Made by a program: the position numbers and the translations under genes
Shown: in pieces, positions 58,765-64,000 of the stretch
How positions within the stretch are numbered: position 1 is the first letter of the stretch
Layout: each line of letters opens with the position of its first letter
The notes under the pieces: generated by a model
What the model saw: the letters and a program-made list of their open reading frames with translations, nothing else
Databases searched by the model: none
What the model was told of the DNA's origin: nothing
Origin: Candidatus Lustribacter sp.
GTDB lineage: Bacteria > Vulcanimicrobiota > Vulcanimicrobiia > Vulcanimicrobiales > Vulcanimicrobiaceae
Direction of reading: 5' to 3'
Assembly (NCBI GenBank): GCA_965277805.1
Contig: OZ255842.1
Coordinates: 2,464,001-2,528,000, forward strand
Length of the DNA: 64,000 bases

Positions 58765-59727
58765 ATGAACCTGCGTTTCGCCGTGCTGCTCGCGGGTCTC
58801 GCGCTCGCCGCCGGACCGGCGACGCTCGGCGCGCAAGATCTGCCGGTCGTGCGCGTCGGCGACTTGGGCTATACCGATGCATCCTCCGAGCCGCTGTACG
58901 GCGCGGCCGCGGGCATCTTCCGCCGCGACGGGCTCGACGTCAAGGTGACCGTGCTCAATGGCGGCGGCGCGATCATTGCCGCGATCGCCGGCGGCTCGCT
59001 CGAGGCGGGCTTCTCCAACGCCGTGTCGGCCGCACAGGCGATCGAGCGCGGCATCCCGATCGTCGTGCTCACGCCGGCAGCTGAGTATCCGGCACAAAAA
59101 TCCGATACGCTGCTGGTGAAAGCGCGCGGTTCGAAACTCAAATCCGCCGCCGATCTCAACGGCAAGATCGTGGCGGTGACGACGCTCGGCGGCGGTCTGC
59201 AAAATTCGGCGCGGCTGTGGATCGACAAGAACGGCGGCGATTCCAAGAGCGTGCACTTTCTCGAATTGCCCTTCACCGAAATGGCGGCGGCACTCAAAGC
59301 CGGCCGCATCGATGCCGCGATGCTCGCCGAACCCGTGCTGACGCAAAGCCGCGCCGACGTGGAGATGCTCGGCGATCCGTTCAGCGCGGTCGCGCCGCGC
59401 TGGACCATCGGCGTGTTCGTCGCCTCGAAGGCGTGGGCGACCGCCAATCCCGATCAAGCCCGGCGCTTCGTGCAGGGGATGTACGACACGGCGCATTGGG
59501 CCAACACCCATCACGCAGAAACGGCGAAGATCGCCGCGCCGCTGGCAAACATCGACCTCGCGACGTTCTCGATCATGGCCCGCTCGCGCTTCGGAGATGC
59601 GCTGACCGCACCGCTGCTGCAGCCCGAACTCGATCAAGCGCTGCAAGCCGGTCAGCTGAAAGCGCCGGCCGATGCGGCGCAATGGGTCGCCGATGCGCAA
59701 CCGTACTGGCGCGGTCTCAGACGCTAA
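58765..59727 (+). CDS. ABC transporter substrate-binding protein (SsuA/THI5-like)
   Basis: Signal peptide; GIFRRDGLDV; ADLNGKIVAV; AALKAGRIDAA. Confidence 0.85.
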   Translation: MNLRFAVLLAGLALAAGPATLGAQDLPVVRVGDLGYTDASSEPLYGAAAGIFRRDGLDVKVTVLNGGGAIIAAIAGGSLEAGFSNAVSAAQAIERGIPIVVLTPAAEYPAQKSDTLLVKARGSKLKSAADLNGKIVAVTTLGGGLQNSARLWIDKNGGDSKSVHFLELPFTEMAAALKAGRIDAAMLAEPVLTQSRADVEMLGDPFSAVAPRWTIGVFVASKAWATANPDQARRFVQGMYDTAHWANTHHAETAKIAAPLANIDLATFSIMARSRFGDALTAPLLQPELDQALQAGQLKAPADAAQWVADAQPYWRGLRR

Positions 59728-59731
59728 CACG

Positions 59732-60100
59732 ATGACGTTCGGACGTTTTTCAACCTTGCTCGGCGCGGTCTGCGTACTCGGGATCGGCGGCGGCGCGTTG
59801 CGCTGGCCGCAAAAGTCCACGCGCACGTACGGCATTCCCAACGACGACGCCGATACGCACGCCTACGTGCGTGCCGCCGCGGCACGCGATCTCGTCATGG
59901 GTGGCTTCGTGCTGTGGGCGGCAATCGCGAACGATCGGCCCGCCATGAAAGCCGGCCTGCTGGTGTGCACCCTCGCCCCGCTGGCCGATCTGCTTTTGGC
60001 TTACCAGCGGCGCGGAGCCATCCCGCAACTCGGCATTCACGGCGCGGGCGTGATCGGCGTGCTCACCGCTTGGGCGATCGTGAACGCGGAGCCGGCCTAG
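59732..60100 (+). CDS. DUF4267 family small membrane protein
   Basis: YGIP...AARDLVMG...LADL...IHG pattern; 4 TM. Confidence 0.7.
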   Translation: MTFGRFSTLLGAVCVLGIGGGALRWPQKSTRTYGIPNDDADTHAYVRAAAARDLVMGGFVLWAAIANDRPAMKAGLLVCTLAPLADLLLAYQRRGAIPQLGIHGAGVIGVLTAWAIVNAEPA

Positions 60101-61413
60101 TGGCCAAAGCCAAGACCGTTTTCAGCTGCTCTGCGTGCGGGCATAACTCCGCGCGCTGGCTCGGGCGTTGTCCGCAGTGCGAAGCGTGGAACTCGTTCGT
60201 CGAGGAAACCGTCACGCCGGCGAAGCTGCGCACCGCGCACGCGCGGCCGTCGAGCGGGCCCGTGCGGCTCTCCGAGATTGCGGAGGCGCGGTTCGCGCGC
60301 ATGCGCAGCGGCTTCGGCGAGTTCGATGCGCTGCTCGGCGGCGGCCTCGTCGCCGGCAGTTTGGTGCTGCTGGGCGGACCGCCGGGCGCCGGCAAGTCGA
60401 CGCTGTTGCTGCAGATCGTCAACGCACTCGCCGAACGCGGCGCGAGCGCAATCTACGTCTGCGGCGAGGAATCCGCCGCGCAGACGAAACTGCGCGCGGC
60501 GCGCATCGGCGCGACCGACGACCTGCTCGTGTTTCCCGAAACGAACTTGCGCGGGATCCTCGATGAATGCGAGCGGCGTTCGCCCGATGTGATCGTGATC
60601 GACTCGATCCAAACGATGTCGCTGCCCGAAGTCGAATCGTTCGCCGGCAGCGTCTCGCAAGTGCGCGATTGCACGCAAGCGCTGATGGAATTCGCCAAGC
60701 GCACGGGCTGCGCGGTGTTCATCGTCGGCCACGTCACGAAGGACGGCGCGATCGCCGGTCCGCGGCTGCTCGAGCATCTGGTCGACACCGTGCTCTACTT
60801 CGAAGGCGATTCGACCGGCGAATACCGCATCGTGCGCGCGTACAAAAACCGTTTCGGCGGCGTGGACGAGATCTGCGTCTTCTCGATGGACGACGCCGGC
60901 CTGCACGAGATCACCGACCCGTCGGCACTCTTTCTCGCCGAACGCGGCGAACGCCCGAGCGGATCGTGCGTGGTGCCGAGCGTCGTCGGCTCGCGTCCGG
61001 TGCTGGTCGAAGTGCAAGCCCTCGTCGGCGAAACGTCGTACGGCACGCCGCGCCGGCTCGCCACCAACGTCGATGCCGCGCGCCTCACGACGATCGTCGC
61101 GATTCTCGAACGGCGCGCCGGCATGCAGCTCGGCGGCCACGACATCTACTGCTCCGTCGCCGGCGGCTTACGCATCACCGAACCCGCCGCCGATCTCGGT
61201 ATCGCGCTCGCGATCGCCTCCGCGTTCCGCGACGTCCCGCTCGCGCGCAACGTCGCCGCCTTCGGCGAACTCGGCCTCTCAGGCGAAGTCCGCAACGTCT
61301 CACACACGATCCGCCGCGCCACCGAAGCCACCAAACTCGGCTTCACCCGCGTCATCGCCCCCGAAAACGCCAAAACCCTAGCCGCCGCCATAGACCTCGC
61401 CCTCGCCCGCTAA
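60100..61413 (+). CDS. radA: DNA repair protein RadA/Sms
   Basis: CSACG...WLGRCPQC zinc finger; GPPGAGKST; KNRFG; GTG start at 60100. Confidence 0.96.
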   Translation: MAKAKTVFSCSACGHNSARWLGRCPQCEAWNSFVEETVTPAKLRTAHARPSSGPVRLSEIAEARFARMRSGFGEFDALLGGGLVAGSLVLLGGPPGAGKSTLLLQIVNALAERGASAIYVCGEESAAQTKLRAARIGATDDLLVFPETNLRGILDECERRSPDVIVIDSIQTMSLPEVESFAGSVSQVRDCTQALMEFAKRTGCAVFIVGHVTKDGAIAGPRLLEHLVDTVLYFEGDSTGEYRIVRAYKNRFGGVDEICVFSMDDAGLHEITDPSALFLAERGERPSGSCVVPSVVGSRPVLVEVQALVGETSYGTPRRLATNVDAARLTTIVAILERRAGMQLGGHDIYCSVAGGLRITEPAADLGIALAIASAFRDVPLARNVAAFGELGLSGEVRNVSHTIRRATEATKLGFTRVIAPENAKTLAAAIDLALAR

Positions 61414-61439
61414 CACACAAATGTCCATGTATACGCATA

Positions 61440-61627
61440 TGTCATTCCGAGCGGAGCGCCGGAGAGCGCGCAGACGAGGAAGCCGCCACGATCGTGCCTG
61501 ACGGCCAGGGCAATGCCGGCCTGTGTATTTCACACCACGCTTCCGCCCTACGGCGTCGGCACTCAACGACCAGCATCGTGGCGCGTTCCTCGACGACGCG
61601 CCATACGGCGCTCTCCTCGGAATGACA
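61440..61627. repeat. REPIN/MITE-like long palindromic element
   Basis: 12-bp perfect terminal IR TGTCATTCCGAG/CTCGGAATGACA; inner arms GAGGAAGCCGCCACGAT / ATCGTGGCGCGTTCCTC. Confidence 0.78.
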
Positions 61628-61642
61628 CAAGAAAAAACGTAA

Positions 61643-62488
61643 GTGGCGTTGTTCGAGATCGTCCCCAACATCAGCGAAGGCCGCGACGCCACGACCGTCG
61701 ATGCTGCAATTGCGGCGATGCAAGCGGAGGGCGTGCGCGTTATCCATCGCACCAGCGATGCCGTGCACCATCGCAGCGTCATCACCGCGGCCGGTTCGGC
61801 ATCACAAGTCGTCGCAGCCGCGGTCGTTCTCGCACGGGTGACGGCCGAACGCATCGACTTGCGCAACCATCGCGGCGAGCATCCCAGGATCGGCGCGTTG
61901 GACGTGCTGCCGTTCGTGCCGATCGGGGATGCGACGCTCGATGATGCGGTGACGCTCGCGCATCGGGCGGCGGCGCGCATCTGGCGCGAGTTGGGGATTC
62001 CGGCGCTGTTGTACGGGGCTGCTGCGAGTGCGCCGCATCGCGCGAATCTGGCCGACGTGCGGCGCGGGGAATTCGAGGGGCTCGCCGTGCGTTCGCGCGA
62101 TCCGCACTGGGCGTTCGATTACGGCGAAGAACCGCATCCGAGCGCGGGCGCGATCGCCGTCGGCGCGCGGCCGTTGCTGCTTGCGTTCAACGTCGACCTC
62201 GATTCCGGCGACCTAACGCTCGCGCGCTCGATCGCCCGCAGCCTGCGTGCACGCGACGGCGGCCTGGGCACGCTCAAGGCCCTCGGTATTCGCCTGGGGC
62301 CGGACGCGGTTCAGGTTTCGTTCAACCTTACGGACGTCGATGCGGTCCCGCTCTACCGCGTGCGCGAACTCGTCCGCCTAGCTGCCGCCCGGCGCGGCGT
62401 GCGCGTGCGCCGCAGCGAGCTGATCGGGCTCGCGCCGCGCCGGACGATCGTCCGCACCGCCCGCGCCTACCAAGCGGCCGCACCCTGA
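61643..62488 (+). CDS. ftcD: Glutamate formimidoyltransferase
   Basis: VPNISEGR; HHRSVIT; IDLRNHRGEHPRIGALDVLPFVP; VRRGEFEGL; SELIGL. Confidence 0.92.
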   Translation: MALFEIVPNISEGRDATTVDAAIAAMQAEGVRVIHRTSDAVHHRSVITAAGSASQVVAAAVVLARVTAERIDLRNHRGEHPRIGALDVLPFVPIGDATLDDAVTLAHRAAARIWRELGIPALLYGAAASAPHRANLADVRRGEFEGLAVRSRDPHWAFDYGEEPHPSAGAIAVGARPLLLAFNVDLDSGDLTLARSIARSLRARDGGLGTLKALGIRLGPDAVQVSFNLTDVDAVPLYRVRELVRLAAARRGVRVRRSELIGLAPRRTIVRTARAYQAAAP

Positions 62489-62531
62489 GCGTGACTGCAT
62501 CCCCGCGCAGGCGCGGCGGTTCCCAGCGTAC

Positions 62532-63086
62532 GTGAGTACCGTATACGATGTCCCCGTCAACAAGATCGACGGCACGCCGGCCGCGCTGCGCGACTACGCC
62601 GGCCAAGTCTTGCTGATCGTCAACGTCGCCTCGAAGTGCGGGCTGACGCCGCAGTACGAAGGCCTCGAAAAGCTCTACGAAGCGCAACGCGCGCGCGGCC
62701 TGCAGATCCTCGGCTTTCCCGCCAACAACTTCGGCTCGCAAGAACCGGGCACGAACGCCGAGATCGCGGACTTCTGTTCGCTTTCCTACGGCGTGACGTT
62801 TCCGATGTTCGAGAAGATCTCAGTTGCCGGTGCCGACCGCCATCCGCTCTATAAAGAACTGATCGCGGCGAAGCCGAGCGCGACCGACAAACCCGGCAGC
62901 GACTTCAAGGCCAAGCTGGCCGGCTACGGCGTCAAGCAGAACGACCCGACCGACATTCTGTGGAACTTCGAGAAGTTTCTCATCGGCCGCAACGGCGAAG
63001 TGGTCGCGCGCTTCGCTCCCGACGTCGCCCCCGACGATCCGTTGCTGCTGGCCGCGATCGACGCCGAATTGGCGAAGCCTGCATGA
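62532..63086 (+). CDS. Glutathione peroxidase
   Basis: VNVASKCGLTPQY; GFPANNFGSQEPG; WNFEKFLI. Confidence 0.95.
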   Translation: MSTVYDVPVNKIDGTPAALRDYAGQVLLIVNVASKCGLTPQYEGLEKLYEAQRARGLQILGFPANNFGSQEPGTNAEIADFCSLSYGVTFPMFEKISVAGADRHPLYKELIAAKPSATDKPGSDFKAKLAGYGVKQNDPTDILWNFEKFLIGRNGEVVARFAPDVAPDDPLLLAAIDAELAKPA

Positions 63087-64000
63087 CGACCGCGCAGTTC
63101 CCGAGTGAGAAAGCCGGCGGCACGTTTGCCCGTCAAGCCGATGCGTTCGCGAACTGGGTTACGGCCGACGGCAGCTCCGGCTATCCCGCGGCCGCCGGTC
63201 GCTACCATCTCTACGTCTCGCTCGCGTGCCCGTGGGCACATCGCACGGTGATCGTGCGCAAGCTCAAGGGCCTTGAAGATGCGATCGGGATGACGGTCGT
63301 CGATCCGATCCGTGACGAGCGCGGCTGGGCCTTTCACGACGGGCCGGACATGGGACTCGACCCCGTCAACGGTTTCAAGTTTCTCTCCGAGGCGTATCTC
63401 GCCACCGACCCGACCTATAAGGCGCGCGTCACCGTCCCCGCATTGTGGGACAAAGAAACGAAGCGCGTCGTCAGCAACAACGACGACGACATTATGCGTA
63501 TGTTCGAGCTCGAGTTCGACGCGTTTGCGCGCCACAACGACCTCGACTTCTATCCGGAAGAGCATCGAAGCGCGATCGACGCGCTCAACGCTGAAATCTA
63601 CGAGAGCGTCAACAACGGCGTCTATCGCGCCGGATTTGCCACCGTGCAGAGCGCGTACGAAAAAGCTGCACAGGGCGTTTTCAACGAGCTCGATCGCTTG
63701 GAAGCGCGGCTCGCGAACAGCCGGTACCTACTGGGCGCGTCGCCGGTTGAAACCGACTGGCGGCTGTTTGTCACGTTGATCCGGTTCGATGCGGTCTACT
63801 TCGGGCATTTCAAATGCAACCTCCGGCGGATCGTAGACTACCCCAACCTATGGGGCTATCTACGCGACCTCTACCAATTTCGGGACGTCGCCTCGACCGT
63901 GAACTTCGATCACATCAAACGCCACTATTACATGACGCACGATGCGGTCAATCCGACGCGCATCGTCCCGATCGGACCGCTTCTCGACCTGACCGCACCC
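63083..64000 (+). CDS. Glutathionyl-hydroquinone reductase (YqjG-like GST), runs off window end
   Basis: Read manually from ATG 63083: GRYHLYVSLACPWAHRT...RVTVPALWDK...NNGVYRAGFA...HFKCN. Confidence 0.93.
   Translation, partial: MTTAQFPSEKAGGTFARQADAFANWVTADGSSGYPAAAGRYHLYVSLACPWAHRTVIVRKLKGLEDAIGMTVVDPIRDERGWAFHDGPDMGLDPVNGFKFLSEAYLATDPTYKARVTVPALWDKETKRVVSNNDDDIMRMFELEFDAFARHNDLDFYPEEHRSAIDALNAEIYESVNNGVYRAGFATVQSAYEKAAQGVFNELDRLEARLANSRYLLGASPVETDWRLFVTLIRFDAVYFGHFKCNLRRIVDYPNLWGYLRDLYQFRDVASTVNFDHIKRHYYMTHDAVNPTRIVPIGPLLDLTAP

Noticed and set aside
62532-63086. Selenocysteine glutathione peroxidase
   Set aside because: The active-site codon is TGC (Cys); no in-frame TGA.
1-64000. CRISPR array or cas genes
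   Set aside because: No regularly spaced 25-40 bp direct repeats with unique spacers and no cas motifs were seen.

Overview
High-GC bacterial chromosomal segment. Its Firmicutes-like sigH-rlmB-cysS-cysE-ispF-ispD-PIN/TRAM order occurs together with an outer-membrane secretin, which is compatible with a diderm Terrabacteria lineage such as Eremiobacterota (inference only). In order along the window: (1) a divergent Tad/Flp pilus locus (1-9.1 kb) with two Flp pilins, two prepilin peptidases and a CpaE(TadZ)-CpaF(TadA) fusion; (2) regulators, a phosphoesterase/di-heme cytochrome c pair, a CIRCE-preceded hsp20 and alkB; (3) a ~6.7 kb decayed, integrase-less island inserted in tRNA-Gly(TCC), bounded by a 27-bp direct repeat at 18262-18288 and 24971-24997; (4) tRNA-Tyr and an atypical tRNA-Thr(TGT) followed by an amber-interrupted HNH endonuclease that the ORF track misses; (5) housekeeping operons with unusual domain arrangements: a stand-alone GluRS anticodon-binding domain at the gltX position, IspD fused to an EF-G domain V-like module, a kinase-less PrkC-like PASTA protein before rpe, and a degenerate polyprenyl synthase; (6) two small catabolic clusters, radA, a REPIN-like palindrome, ftcD, glutathione peroxidase and a truncated glutathionyl-hydroquinone reductase. 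The most striking unannotated signal is inside the island: three tandem microproteins share an identically spaced C7H zinc-finger motif, and further Cys-rich microproteins lie nearby. All calls come from motif recognition by eye; no database searches were run.
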